Assembly: GCF_049075655.1 (NCBI RefSeq)
Contig: NZ_CP157522.1
Location: forward strand, 672,001 to 736,000
DNA: 64,000 bases
Origin: Methanothermococcus sp. Ax23
GTDB taxonomy: Archaea; AGJL01; Methanococci; Methanococcales; Methanococcaceae
Direction of reading: 5' to 3'
A program made the translations under genes and the position numbers. Below are positions 9,826 through 24,014 of this stretch, one piece after another; position 1 is the first letter of the stretch, and each line of letters begins with the position of its first letter. Below the pieces are notes generated by a model. It was not told the origin of the DNA and did no database searches. It saw only the letters and a program-made list of their open reading frames with translations.

Positions 9826-11103
9826 ATGAATAAAACTCTATTGTTGATACTTTGCCTGTTTGGGTCTATTGTGTGCGTAAATGGGGAATTCTATTCAGAT
9901 ACATTGAGTAACATACATCCAGATACTACGAAATACCAAATATCGTGGGTTCATACATTACCGAGCAATTGCACAAATATTACTTCTTTAACAATTAAAA
10001 TTAAGGCTTATGATGTAGATAAGTCAAATTATATCCCAGTATCAATAAATGGGATACAGATAGGTTATTTAAATGGGGGATATAATAATCAATGGGACAC
10101 CACAACACTAACCCCTGATGCAAATACTTTAAAACAAATTTCAGATACTCATCCATCATCATTAACTGTATATGTTGAGTCTAAATCTGATGATTGGGTA
10201 GGGGTAGATACATCGGAGCTCTCCATTGAATATGTAGTTGATGAGGCAGTATTAAATGGTGTATATTATGATACTCGGGAAGAAGTGCATCCTGATACAA
10301 CATATAACCCGATTACATGGACACATAATTTACCTGATAATTATTCTAAAATTACAAAGATGGTATTTATAATGCAAGCTTATGATGTAGATAGGGCAAA
10401 TTATATCCCTGTATATGTAAATTATGCTCATAAATTAGGGTATTTGTCAGGAGGAAACAATGTATGGTCATATAATTCATTCGTAGTATCCGATGAAGAT
10501 ACCCTGATAGCTATTACAAACAATAACACAGCTAAAATTATCAGTATACTTGTAGTACCTGATAAGAATGACTGGGTTGGAATTGGGAACGCGTCATTAT
10601 CTGTTGAATACGAAAGTGGAACAAATACTCATTCAACATATATAGATTCGAAAGATGATATTTCAGATACTGTGCCAAATACAATTACATGGACGCATGA
10701 GTTAGCCAGTACTGAAAATATTACCTCCATAACCTTTGTAATACAGGCACATGATGTAGATAGGGCAAATTATGTCCCGGTATATGCAAATAATGTATCA
10801 TTGGGATACTTGGTTGGTAATTCGTCGTATGATAATATGGATTCAATAACGACATTCGAAGTTACGGGTAGTGATATTGATACTATCGTTGGTAATTCGA
10901 CAATCATAACCATGAGGGTTGAGCCAGATAGTCATGATTGGGTAGGTATTCGTCATGCAGAGATGATTGTGCAGTATGATGGCGTAATAATTCCAAATAA
11001 TAATGGAGAGGAAATCCCCCCTGTAAAAACCCCAATACCATTATTTGCAATAATATTAACAATAGCATTTATGTCTTCAATAATCTATTATAAAATAAAA
11101 TAA
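9826..11103 (+). CDS. secreted cell-surface protein with three ~120-aa internal repeats and a PIP-CTERM-like sorting signal
   Basis: Signal peptide; three copies of W.H.L...A(Y/H)DVD..NY.PV..N...GYL.G...DWVG; C-terminus KTPIP + TM helix + KIK. Confidence 0.8.
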   Translation: MNKTLLLILCLFGSIVCVNGEFYSDTLSNIHPDTTKYQISWVHTLPSNCTNITSLTIKIKAYDVDKSNYIPVSINGIQIGYLNGGYNNQWDTTTLTPDANTLKQISDTHPSSLTVYVESKSDDWVGVDTSELSIEYVVDEAVLNGVYYDTREEVHPDTTYNPITWTHNLPDNYSKITKMVFIMQAYDVDRANYIPVYVNYAHKLGYLSGGNNVWSYNSFVVSDEDTLIAITNNNTAKIISILVVPDKNDWVGIGNASLSVEYESGTNTHSTYIDSKDDISDTVPNTITWTHELASTENITSITFVIQAHDVDRANYVPVYANNVSLGYLVGNSSYDNMDSITTFEVTGSDIDTIVGNSTIITMRVEPDSHDWVGIRHAEMIVQYDGVIIPNNNGEEIPPVKTPIPLFAIILTIAFMSSIIYYKIK

Positions 11104-11158
11104 TAAGACATAAAAACTATTCAATATTCTTTATTTTTTATTTTAGTGCTTTTTAATA

Positions 11159-12967
11159 CTATTTGACTTCTATTTTTCCATTATTCCATTCGATATATTG
11201 ATTACCAGTTTTTGATAAGTCCAATATTGGAATCCTTGCAGGTGTTGGATGGATACCCATTTTTTTCTGGAAATCAGTTTGTTCTTGGAATGTTCCACTA
11301 TTTACCATCACAGTTCCTTTATAGAGACCATGTCCATTTATGTGAATATGTCCTGTATGGAATATGTCCGGCTCATTGTGTATTACCAAATAATCCTCAT
11401 GCTCAGGAGCAATTGGGCATCTTCCCCCATAGGTTGGACATAGGTGTCTTCTTTTTAGGAGCTCCTTCATAATGGATGTTGGGTCAGTATATTTTGCCGA
11501 GGAAATCTGACCTATTACATCATCAAAGCTCCTACCGTGGTATAGTAAGAAATCCAAACCATGAACATTTGCAAATCCCGGATTGCTTAAAAATGTGATG
11601 TTATCCAATCCATCAAATAGCTTTAAAATTCTTTCAGGAAATATTGGCTGGGGTTCAGCAGGTCTAAGGGCATCGTGGTTTCCAGGGGATATTATTATAT
11701 GGATGTGTTCAGGAATCTGTTCAAAATATGTTGCAATTTCTTTATACTGAGATATAATATCCACATCATATAAATCATACTCTTGACCAGGATATATACC
11801 AACACCATCCACTAAATCCCCGGCGATTGATATATATTTTAATCTACTGGCTATTTTTTCCTCTAATCCACTATTTACATTTCCATTTAAAAATTCTATA
11901 AATTTTCTAAATGATTTCTCTAAAAACTCATAGCTTCCAACGTGAATATCTGATAAAAATGCAGTATATATTTTTTCGTCGATACTTCTTGGTTTTTTTG
12001 GTGTAATATCTGGTCTTATACATTCGTTTGCAAACATTACATTCCCACTATCGGGTATAAATCCACTAAATCCCACAACCTCGTCGAGTAGTATGTCATC
12101 AGGCAAATCTCCGCTTGCAATTTTATCCTTCATCATAATTACTGTGAAACTTGTATTTTCATCTTCTATCTCTACTCTTTTATGACCTTTTTTTGTGGAG
12201 CTCACATCGGATACAATACCAACAACAAATACATCACTTTCTTTTTTAAGTTTATAGACTTTATTTAATGGGTATGCTTTCCTACTGACTTTTCTTTCAA
12301 TCATTGCCTTAATTTTAATATATCTATCCCTAAAATATTTTACAAAGTCATCAATGGTTCCTTCACATGTGGATTTTCCAGATATGTCCCATTCATCATA
12401 TACTTTAATTTTAGCTTCGATATCCTTGGATATATAGTTTATTCTTTTGTTTATGCTGTTTCTTATGGATTTTATCTCGGTAAGTCGTTTTTCTCTTTCC
12501 TTTTCCAATATATCTAATCTTTCTGATTCTTCTGACTGGGATTTTAATATTTCTTCAATTTTATCTTCGTCTATATTTGCAGGCATTTGGTGCTTTATTT
12601 CTTTTTTAGGTTCAGGTTTAGACTCGGATTTAGATTCAATTTCAAGGATTTGGTTTTTTGCTGATGCATCAATTTCTTCTTCTGTATTATTTTTAAATTT
12701 ATTTAAATTGTCAGTTTCTAAATTAGCATCAGGACTATAATATGCTAAAAAATCAAAATCTCCATAATTTTTTTTAATTTCGTCCAAACTATGATTTAAA
12801 AAAATGTCTAAAAAATGGGCATCCAGCAGTATAAATTTATTATTTATATCTTTAAATTCTTTAATTTTATTAATTAAATTATCTCTTTCATTTTCAGAGA
12901 TTTTTTTAATCCTATTGTAGGAGCTCGGCGATAGTAAAACTTCAATATCTAAAAAATCGTTAATCAT
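11159..12967 (-). CDS. polB: DNA polymerase D small (proofreading) subunit DP1
   Basis: SDIHVGS, AGDLVDGVGIYPGQ, PGNHD, YHGRS, RHLCPTYG, HTGHIH. Confidence 0.95.
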   Translation of the reverse strand: MINDFLDIEVLLSPSSYNRIKKISENERDNLINKIKEFKDINNKFILLDAHFLDIFLNHSLDEIKKNYGDFDFLAYYSPDANLETDNLNKFKNNTEEEIDASAKNQILEIESKSESKPEPKKEIKHQMPANIDEDKIEEILKSQSEESERLDILEKEREKRLTEIKSIRNSINKRINYISKDIEAKIKVYDEWDISGKSTCEGTIDDFVKYFRDRYIKIKAMIERKVSRKAYPLNKVYKLKKESDVFVVGIVSDVSSTKKGHKRVEIEDENTSFTVIMMKDKIASGDLPDDILLDEVVGFSGFIPDSGNVMFANECIRPDITPKKPRSIDEKIYTAFLSDIHVGSYEFLEKSFRKFIEFLNGNVNSGLEEKIASRLKYISIAGDLVDGVGIYPGQEYDLYDVDIISQYKEIATYFEQIPEHIHIIISPGNHDALRPAEPQPIFPERILKLFDGLDNITFLSNPGFANVHGLDFLLYHGRSFDDVIGQISSAKYTDPTSIMKELLKRRHLCPTYGGRCPIAPEHEDYLVIHNEPDIFHTGHIHINGHGLYKGTVMVNSGTFQEQTDFQKKMGIHPTPARIPILDLSKTGNQYIEWNNGKIEVK

Positions 12968-13018
12968 AGTTTCCCTTATAAATTTTAAATTTTTATATTA
13001 TTTTTGTTTTTATTTATT

Positions 13019-14131
13019 TTATTTATCCTTTTCTTTTTCTTTTATTATTTCTTTTTTATTTTGATGTTTATTTATATTATAGCATAAATAGTCCAAGGGG
13101 TGAATTATTTTAGGTTTTCCATTCTCGTTTCTCATTCTGCAAATACTATCAGGTTTGCAATAATAACTAAGCCCCTTTCCGCCATCTTCCTTCCAGTTCT
13201 TGCAGTATTCACAATGAGTAATATGGGTTGCTACCTTATAGCCGATATTGTGGCTTATATAGTATTTTGTCCTATCCACATCAAAATCTCCCACTGTGTT
13301 AAATATACTTACAACTTCATTTAAAAAATTCTCTATTTCATCATCCTTTGCAATATCTAATGCACCAATATTTACCAGTTCCCCATTTTCAATTGGTCTT
13401 AAATTTGGATTAAATTTTGCACAGAACCAATATACAACAAAGCTTCTTCTTGCATAGTGGGATGGAGAACCGCCGCTTAGTATGTCGTCCAATATTCCTC
13501 TAATACATGGTGGATGCCATTCCTTTGGAATGTCGCCTTTGAATCCAGATATTTTAATGCCTTCGACGCCTTCGAACTTTACAATACTTCCTATAAAATT
13601 AATAATCTCTTTTATTTTTTCGTTGTTTTTTACTTCTTTTGGGAGCTCATGTAGTCTTATTCTTTCAACCATTTCTTTAAGTTTAACTCGTAGGAGCTCT
13701 ATGGCGTAGGTTTCTTTTATGGTTTTTCCATTAGATGCCATTTTATTTGGCAGATGCACATAACCATTGTCTAGCCACATTCTTTCTAAATGTAAATCGT
13801 TATTTCTAGATTGAGAAGCGATATTTATGAATTCCCAGACGTTGATTTTGTTGGGTATTGTGCAAGCAATTTTTTTGTAATTTTTTTCGGAATATTTTTT
13901 AATGTAAATATTATAATATTTAGTATGAGCAATTATAATAAGTGTTAAACGATTAATTAATGCGTCTGCGGGGTCTTTATGACTGCCTAAGTTTCTATTT
14001 AGGAAATCGTAATATGAATTATCATCTTCGAATATATATTGTAGTAAATATTTTATCAATTTAACATTGAGGTTGGTTAGTTCTTCAAGAAAATTTAAAT
14101 CTTTTAACACGTCAAATTCTTCCCAAAACAT
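13019..14131 (-). CDS. priL: DNA primase large subunit
   Basis: PPCI...G.P.H.AR, DFD...TKYYISH and a Cys cluster. ATG 14131 follows GGTG; the track start is 14179. Confidence 0.85.
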   Translation of the reverse strand: MFWEEFDVLKDLNFLEELTNLNVKLIKYLLQYIFEDDNSYYDFLNRNLGSHKDPADALINRLTLIIIAHTKYYNIYIKKYSEKNYKKIACTIPNKINVWEFINIASQSRNNDLHLERMWLDNGYVHLPNKMASNGKTIKETYAIELLRVKLKEMVERIRLHELPKEVKNNEKIKEIINFIGSIVKFEGVEGIKISGFKGDIPKEWHPPCIRGILDDILSGGSPSHYARRSFVVYWFCAKFNPNLRPIENGELVNIGALDIAKDDEIENFLNEVVSIFNTVGDFDVDRTKYYISHNIGYKVATHITHCEYCKNWKEDGGKGLSYYCKPDSICRMRNENGKPKIIHPLDYLCYNINKHQNKKEIIKEKEKDK

Positions 14132-14231
14132 AAATACTACACCAAAAATAATATTACTATGGTAGTATCTAATTATCATCTGCTTTATTATTTATAATTT
14201 ATTTATATTTATTACAATTACGGTGATGTTT

Positions 14232-15689
14232 ATGAATGATAATAATATTTTAAGAAGAGGACGACTTGGGAACTCCGTAAAAGAGGATGTGATGCTATAT
14301 ACTACAAGCCTAAGTTTTGATAAAGAAATATTTGAAAGCGACATACTTTGCGATATTGCCCATACAAAGATGTTGATGGAAAAAAATATTATTTCAGAGG
14401 AAGATGGCAACAAAATAATAAAGGAATTAATAAATATCTTTAAAAATGGAATGGAATCTTTAAATTTAGACCCTTCCCTTGATGATATACACATGGTAAT
14501 TGAAAGTGAGCTCATAAAAAAACTTGGTGAGGATGTTGCAGGAAGGATGCACACGGGAAGAAGTAGAAATGATGAGGTTGCAACAGATTTAAGAATGGCA
14601 CTTAGGGAAAAAATACTTCAAATACTAAAACAGCTAATAAATATGGAAAAAAACATTTTAAAACTTGCAGAAAAGCATAAAGAGACACTTACAATAGGAT
14701 ATACCCATTTACAACACGCACAACCGACAACTTATGCACATCATCTTTTAAGTTATGTTTCAGCAATAGAAAGGGACATTTTAAGGTTATTGGATGCATA
14801 CAAGAGGATAAACATTTCACCACTCGGATGTGGGGCAATGGCAACAACAGGTTTTGACATAGATAGAAAAAGAACAATGGAACTTTTAGGATTTGATAAC
14901 ATCATAGAAAATTCAATGGATGGAGTTTCTGCAAGGGATTTCATAGTGGAAACAATGTCCTGCCTGTCAATGTTGGGAACAAACTTATCAAAGATTTGTG
15001 AAGAGATGGTGCTGTTTTCAACCTATGAGTTTGGAACTATTGAGATAGCCAATGAATATACTTCAACCTCATCAATAATGCCACAGAAAAAGAATCCTGA
15101 TGTTGCGGAGATTGCAAGGGCAAAGTTATCAACATTAAATGGAAATTTAATTAGTGTTTTAACTATATTAAAGGCACTTCCAAATACATACAACAGAGAT
15201 TTGCAAGAAATAAGCCCTCATTTATGGAAAAGCGTCTATACGACCATTGATACAATAAATATGGTTGATGGAATGATTTCAACATTGAAGGTGAATACTG
15301 ATAGAATGAAAGAACTGGCAGAAAAGAATTACTCCACAGCAACGGAGCTCGCAGATACTCTTGTGAGGGAGTGCGGTATTCCATTTAGAACAGCTCATGG
15401 AATTGTTGGGGAGGTTGTAAGGATATCAATTGAAAGAAATAAAAATATGGATGAGGTAATTGGTGAGGTTTTGGATAGATATGGTTTAGAGCTCGACAAA
15501 TCGATGATAGAAAAGGCACTTAATCCTATGGAAAATGTAAAGATGAGAAAGGTTATTGGAGGTCCAGCACCTGAGGAGGTTGAAAGGGCGATAAATTCTT
15601 ATAAAAATAGAATAAACAATTACGAAAAAGAAATAAATGAGAAGATTGGGAAGATTGAAAAAATTAAGAAAGAGTTATTAAATTTATAA
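14232..15689 (+). CDS. argH: argininosuccinate lyase
   Basis: HTGRSRNDEVATD, GYTHLQHAQP, SSIMPQKKNPD, YNRDLQE, FRTAH. Confidence 0.97.
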   Translation: MNDNNILRRGRLGNSVKEDVMLYTTSLSFDKEIFESDILCDIAHTKMLMEKNIISEEDGNKIIKELINIFKNGMESLNLDPSLDDIHMVIESELIKKLGEDVAGRMHTGRSRNDEVATDLRMALREKILQILKQLINMEKNILKLAEKHKETLTIGYTHLQHAQPTTYAHHLLSYVSAIERDILRLLDAYKRINISPLGCGAMATTGFDIDRKRTMELLGFDNIIENSMDGVSARDFIVETMSCLSMLGTNLSKICEEMVLFSTYEFGTIEIANEYTSTSSIMPQKKNPDVAEIARAKLSTLNGNLISVLTILKALPNTYNRDLQEISPHLWKSVYTTIDTINMVDGMISTLKVNTDRMKELAEKNYSTATELADTLVRECGIPFRTAHGIVGEVVRISIERNKNMDEVIGEVLDRYGLELDKSMIEKALNPMENVKMRKVIGGPAPEEVERAINSYKNRINNYEKEINEKIGKIEKIKKELLNL

Positions 15690-15711
15690 AATTATTAATT
15701 TTTTCACCATT

Positions 15712-16773
15712 TTATTTTGAGTCAATAATGGCATTAATAATATATTCATCAGATATTCTTTTAGCATCCTTTGAACAAAAGTCGATTCTTAATGTTTTGC
15801 TTGCACCTGGCATTCCTGCGGCCGTAATTGTGATTATTCCATAGTTTTCAAGCATATTCAATGCGATATTGATATATTCGTCTTCCGAAAGATTTTTGAT
15901 AATAAATCCTGTTGGGGTTCTTTCACATTCAAAACCTGCATTGGCCAATGGATTTAAGTCAATATTTTCTGCTCTTTTCAATGCCTCTTTTAAATTATCA
16001 AGTTTAAAGTTTTTTAGTGCATTTATCATTGCAGCCAAAATTGGTGCCTGAGCTTCTAAACCAAATTTTAAACCTTCATTGTATATCTTATCAACTAATT
16101 CTTTTTTTCCACATAATAGGCCTGCCCTTGGACCATTCATTAATTTATCAGTGCTTGTAACTGCCAAATCTGCATTAAGTTCAAGTGCTGGTGGCTGGTT
16201 GTATAATAATCTTAATCTTGCACCAGAGGCATCATCTATGAATACAATACTATTTTTTTCATTACAGCAAGATATTATTTTTTTCAAATCCTCTAAATCG
16301 ACAATTTTATGGTCCATTGTAGCTCCTGTGATGATTGTTAGGGTTTTTTCATTTATCTTATTTAATATTTCATCCACATCGTCGCTTTCAAAGTAGTCGA
16401 GGTTAAATATTTTGCAACTTCTTGGGATTGATGGATGAGATGGTTTTTTTGGAACATAATGAATTACATTTTTAACAGTATTTGATAGTGCCATTATTGT
16501 GGAGAATATTGCCGCAGATGTCCTGTTAAATCCTACTGCTTTGTGGATAGTAGGAGCTCCTCCAAAGTGTAAAACCCCCACTTCGTTTAATTTTTCTGAA
16601 AATATTGCCGGACCAACATATGTTTCTAAGAGCTCCATATCTGTTTTGGGAATTTCAAATCCCCCAGCAATGCCTGTGAGGTCGTATAAATGTTTTCTTC
16701 CTTTTTCCGTTATGACGCCCCGTATTAATGCTCTGGCTTTTTCCAATCTATTTAATTCAGATATATTTTTCAT
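15712..16773 (-). CDS. PLP-dependent SelA-like protein (MJ0158/UPF0425 family)
   Basis: [35 protein letters not shown] (PLP lysine), GMPGAS. Confidence 0.85.
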   Translation of the reverse strand: MKNISELNRLEKARALIRGVITEKGRKHLYDLTGIAGGFEIPKTDMELLETYVGPAIFSEKLNEVGVLHFGGAPTIHKAVGFNRTSAAIFSTIMALSNTVKNVIHYVPKKPSHPSIPRSCKIFNLDYFESDDVDEILNKINEKTLTIITGATMDHKIVDLEDLKKIISCCNEKNSIVFIDDASGARLRLLYNQPPALELNADLAVTSTDKLMNGPRAGLLCGKKELVDKIYNEGLKFGLEAQAPILAAMINALKNFKLDNLKEALKRAENIDLNPLANAGFECERTPTGFIIKNLSEDEYINIALNMLENYGIITITAAGMPGASKTLRIDFCSKDAKRISDEYIINAIIDSK

Positions 16774-16861
16774 AATATCACCAAAAAATTGGAAGATTTA
16801 ACTATTATATAATGTAGAAGGATAAAAATTGTAAAAATAATATTTAATAAGAAAAAAGGTA

Positions 16862-17140
16862 TTAACCTGCACCACAGGCATCTACATTTGTATCAACACC
16901 TGATATGTTTTCTTTTTCGAGTATTTCTTCTATTTCTTTCTCATCAATTTCTTTTTCTTTTTTCTCTTCAAATTCAATAATTTCTAATGTATTTGGTTTA
17001 TACATTAAATTATTGTCTAATAGCACCCATTCCGTATTATCTTCTTTTTTTATGTCTTTGACAATGCCCTTGGTTCCTGTGTTAATGTATTTTACATAAG
17101 AGCCTATTGTAATTTCTTTATGGTTTATGTCAAATGCCAT
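16862..17140 (-). CDS. small methanogen protein (DUF2098-like)
   Basis: G.YVKYINTGT.G.V SH3-like N-terminus and a C-terminal ACGAG. ATG 17140 follows GGTGAT. Confidence 0.75.
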   Translation of the reverse strand: MAFDINHKEITIGSYVKYINTGTKGIVKDIKKEDNTEWVLLDNNLMYKPNTLEIIEFEEKKEKEIDEKEIEEILEKENISGVDTNVDACGAG

Positions 17141-17277
17141 AATATCACCAATTAATAATACGATATGGTTTAATAAATAATATTGTTCCAAACCTAAAAA
17201 CAATACATCATCCAAACCACCATCATATTATGCAGTCAATGATAGCCTGAGAGAAAAGGAGCTCAGGTTTGATGTAA

Positions 17278-17308
17278 GCCCGCAACCAAGTGATACTTAG
17301 TAACGACC
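17278..17308 (+). other. 5' arm of the pre-16S processing stem with bulge-helix-bulge
   Basis: GCCCGCAACCA-AGTG-ATA-CTTAGTAACGACC pairs with 18853-18883 GGTCGTTACTAAG-CACT-AAA-TGGTTGCGGGC, giving a 4-bp helix and two 3-nt bulges. Confidence 0.9.
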
Positions 17309-17373
17309 GAGTCAATTCCAAAAACTTTTTGACCGACTCCAAAGAGTATTTGCTAAGCTATGCTTAGCAAATA

Positions 17374-18844
<1,471 letters not shown>

Positions 18845-18852
18845 GAAAAAAA

Positions 18853-18883
18853 GGTCGTTACTAAGCACTAAATGGTTGCGGGC
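18853..18883 (+). other. 3' arm of the pre-16S processing stem (BHB)
   Basis: Complementary to 17278-17308. Confidence 0.9.
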
Positions 18884-18891
18884 TGAGGATT

Positions 18892-18964
<73 letters not shown>

Positions 18965-19023
18965 TAACGAGGTTCATAATCCTCACGGGTTATGAACTGA
19001 AACCTGATTTAAGATGATGGTTG

Positions 19024-19066
19024 TGCATAAGCCCCTATATCTGGTGATATCCAAGTATCCCATATA
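19024..19066 (+). other. 5' arm of the pre-23S processing stem (BHB)
   Basis: TGCATAAGCCCCTATATCT-GGTG-ATA-TCCAAGTATCCCA pairs with TGGGATACTTGGA-CACT-TAA-AGATATAGGGGCTTATGCA at ~22035-22073. Confidence 0.88.
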
Positions 19067-19067
19067 T

Positions 19068-22031
<2,964 letters not shown>

Positions 22032-22034
22032 ATT

Positions 22035-22073
22035 TGGGATACTTGGACACTTAAAGATATAGGGGCTTATGCA
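22035..22073 (+). other. 3' arm of the pre-23S processing stem (BHB); a T-run follows and no 5S gene is present
   Basis: Complementary to 19024-19066; poly-T at ~22088-22096 is a likely terminator. Confidence 0.85.
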
Positions 22074-22385
22074 TCGGGGAAAAATATATTTTTTTTAAAC
22101 ATATAATCCATATATATTAATATACGAATTTATAATATATCTATTTTAACAGCATATATATTTAGATTAAAGTTTAAATACAACGGAGCTCCTATAAATT
22201 TTGTATGATTCTATTTTGAAGAAATAGTTTAGCTACAATAATTATTTTATATTCATAATTTTGAATTTTAAAACTTAGAAGAAAGGAATTTATAAAATTC
22301 TAATAATCAGCATCATGAGATATTATTATTGAAAATTTTAAAAAAAAGAAGAAAAATAGATAAAAAAGAAAAAAAGATAAATATT

Positions 22386-23801
22386 TTATTTTTTCTTAGG
22401 CTTTTCAGTTTCTCTCATAATTATTATTTTTTCCGCTTTAATAGTGGCATTTTTTAATATTATTTTTACATTATGTGGAAGCCCTCCAAATCCAGTAGGT
22501 AAGTTCATAGTAGAAACAGACATTTCGGTTTCTTCATCTCCGTATAATTCTTCTCTTTCAACTTCTTCTTCATCCGTTCCAACTTCTTCTTCCATACTTC
22601 CCCAGTTTTCAACAACAGGGTGGTTTTTATTTTTTAAGAACTCCTGCAACTCAGTTATGTTTGATACGTCTTCTTCTGTTGCTATTTTATCAATCATTTC
22701 TTCTAAAATTCCGTCTTTTACTTTCTCCTTTAATTCCTTAGGCAACCAGACAACTCTTTTCCAACCTCCATCTGCTTGGAAGAATTTAGGGGATTTCATA
22801 TATGATATACTCATACCACAGAATCCCTCAACCTGTCTTCCTCCACTACATTGACCAGCAAGTGCTGAGAATGGAACTCCGATTGGTGTTTCTCCTTTAT
22901 AACTTCTATCCACTATTCCAAACCCATCAACTTCTGGAATATAGAAGGTAATTGCCTCAAAACAACCACAAGATGTCGAAGGTCTATCCATAACACTGTG
23001 TAATGTCATCGCCTCAATGGCCCCCTGGGACCTCTCGTAAATTACATCATTTACTGCATCATATATACCCTTATTTTCATCTAAACAATTTCCTTTTGGG
23101 ATTTCAAATATTGGACCCTCAGGGTCAATTTTAGATGCTGCCCTTGCATCGAAATAATTTATTCCACCACATAATGCAGGCTTATCTGGTGTAATCACAC
23201 AGACATGCGTTGGAGCAAAACTCTGACACATAATACATCCATAGAATACATCAACATCTTCTTCATGTAAATTTTTTGTTTTTTCGTCTCTTTTAGCATA
23301 TATTTCTCTTGCTTTTTCGAGCTCATCCTTGACTACATCTGGTTCAGTTATTAATTTAACCTCAACGTGTTTGATAAATGGAAATTCTGCTTTATATATG
23401 TCTTGAATTACCTTACCAATATGTTTTAATTTCAAACCTTTTTCTGCGGAATCTTTATTAATTCTAATCCAAACGCTATCTCTCTGGTTTAAGTGCATAA
23501 CTCCTTCTATATAGTTAAATATTTCATGAATTCTTCTTTCTAAAACTCCTTCTAAATCTTCTTCTAAGGATTCTCCACCAACATTAACTATTACTGCGAA
23601 TGGTGTTCTACTGCCTTCTTCCATTTCGTCGAGCTCCTTCCCTATGACATGGATTTTATCAGAAGCATTATCTACAACCCTGACCAATTCAAAACCATAA
23701 GATTTGGGGCCCGCCAATTCAGCAAACATGTCAGGTCCTCTGACTCTCTCCCCTTCGTTCATTGGACCTACCGAAACAGGAATTTCTATATTTTCAGCCA
23801 T
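22386..23801 (-). CDS. cdhC: ACDS complex beta subunit (archaeal-type acetyl-CoA synthase)
   Basis: GERVRGPD, VLERRIH, FYGCIMCQSFAPTHVC, TSCGCFE, CSGG.Q..GF, acidic linker. Confidence 0.93.
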   Translation of the reverse strand: MAENIEIPVSVGPMNEGERVRGPDMFAELAGPKSYGFELVRVVDNASDKIHVIGKELDEMEEGSRTPFAVIVNVGGESLEEDLEGVLERRIHEIFNYIEGVMHLNQRDSVWIRINKDSAEKGLKLKHIGKVIQDIYKAEFPFIKHVEVKLITEPDVVKDELEKAREIYAKRDEKTKNLHEEDVDVFYGCIMCQSFAPTHVCVITPDKPALCGGINYFDARAASKIDPEGPIFEIPKGNCLDENKGIYDAVNDVIYERSQGAIEAMTLHSVMDRPSTSCGCFEAITFYIPEVDGFGIVDRSYKGETPIGVPFSALAGQCSGGRQVEGFCGMSISYMKSPKFFQADGGWKRVVWLPKELKEKVKDGILEEMIDKIATEEDVSNITELQEFLKNKNHPVVENWGSMEEEVGTDEEEVEREELYGDEETEMSVSTMNLPTGFGGLPHNVKIILKNATIKAEKIIIMRETEKPKKK

Positions 23802-23829
23802 TTTTTCACCATTGTCAATACAATATTAA

Positions 23830-23915
23830 AATTATCATTATTAATCATTATAATTTAAATATTTAATATATAGATATATATACCTTATTGTGAAAAAAAT
23901 TAAAAATTGTATTAC
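23830..23915 (-). promoter_or_regulatory. cdhC promoter: GTAATAC box, TATA (AAGGTATATATA) and 28-bp downstream block
   Basis: All three elements are also present upstream of cdhA (29806-29887). Confidence 0.7.
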
Positions 23916-24014
23916 CACTGTAAATAAACTAAAAGAGCTCAGATTAATATAAAATAAATTAGTATTTATAAAAAATTAAAAATTAATGTTATAAAATAAT
24001 AGATATTGTGTATT

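Noticed and set aside
15712-16773. Selenocysteine synthase call for the SelA-like ORF
   Set aside because: Archaea use PSTK/SepSecS, and the MJ0158 family is not known to have SelA activity. No in-frame UGA selenoprotein candidate was noticed in the window.
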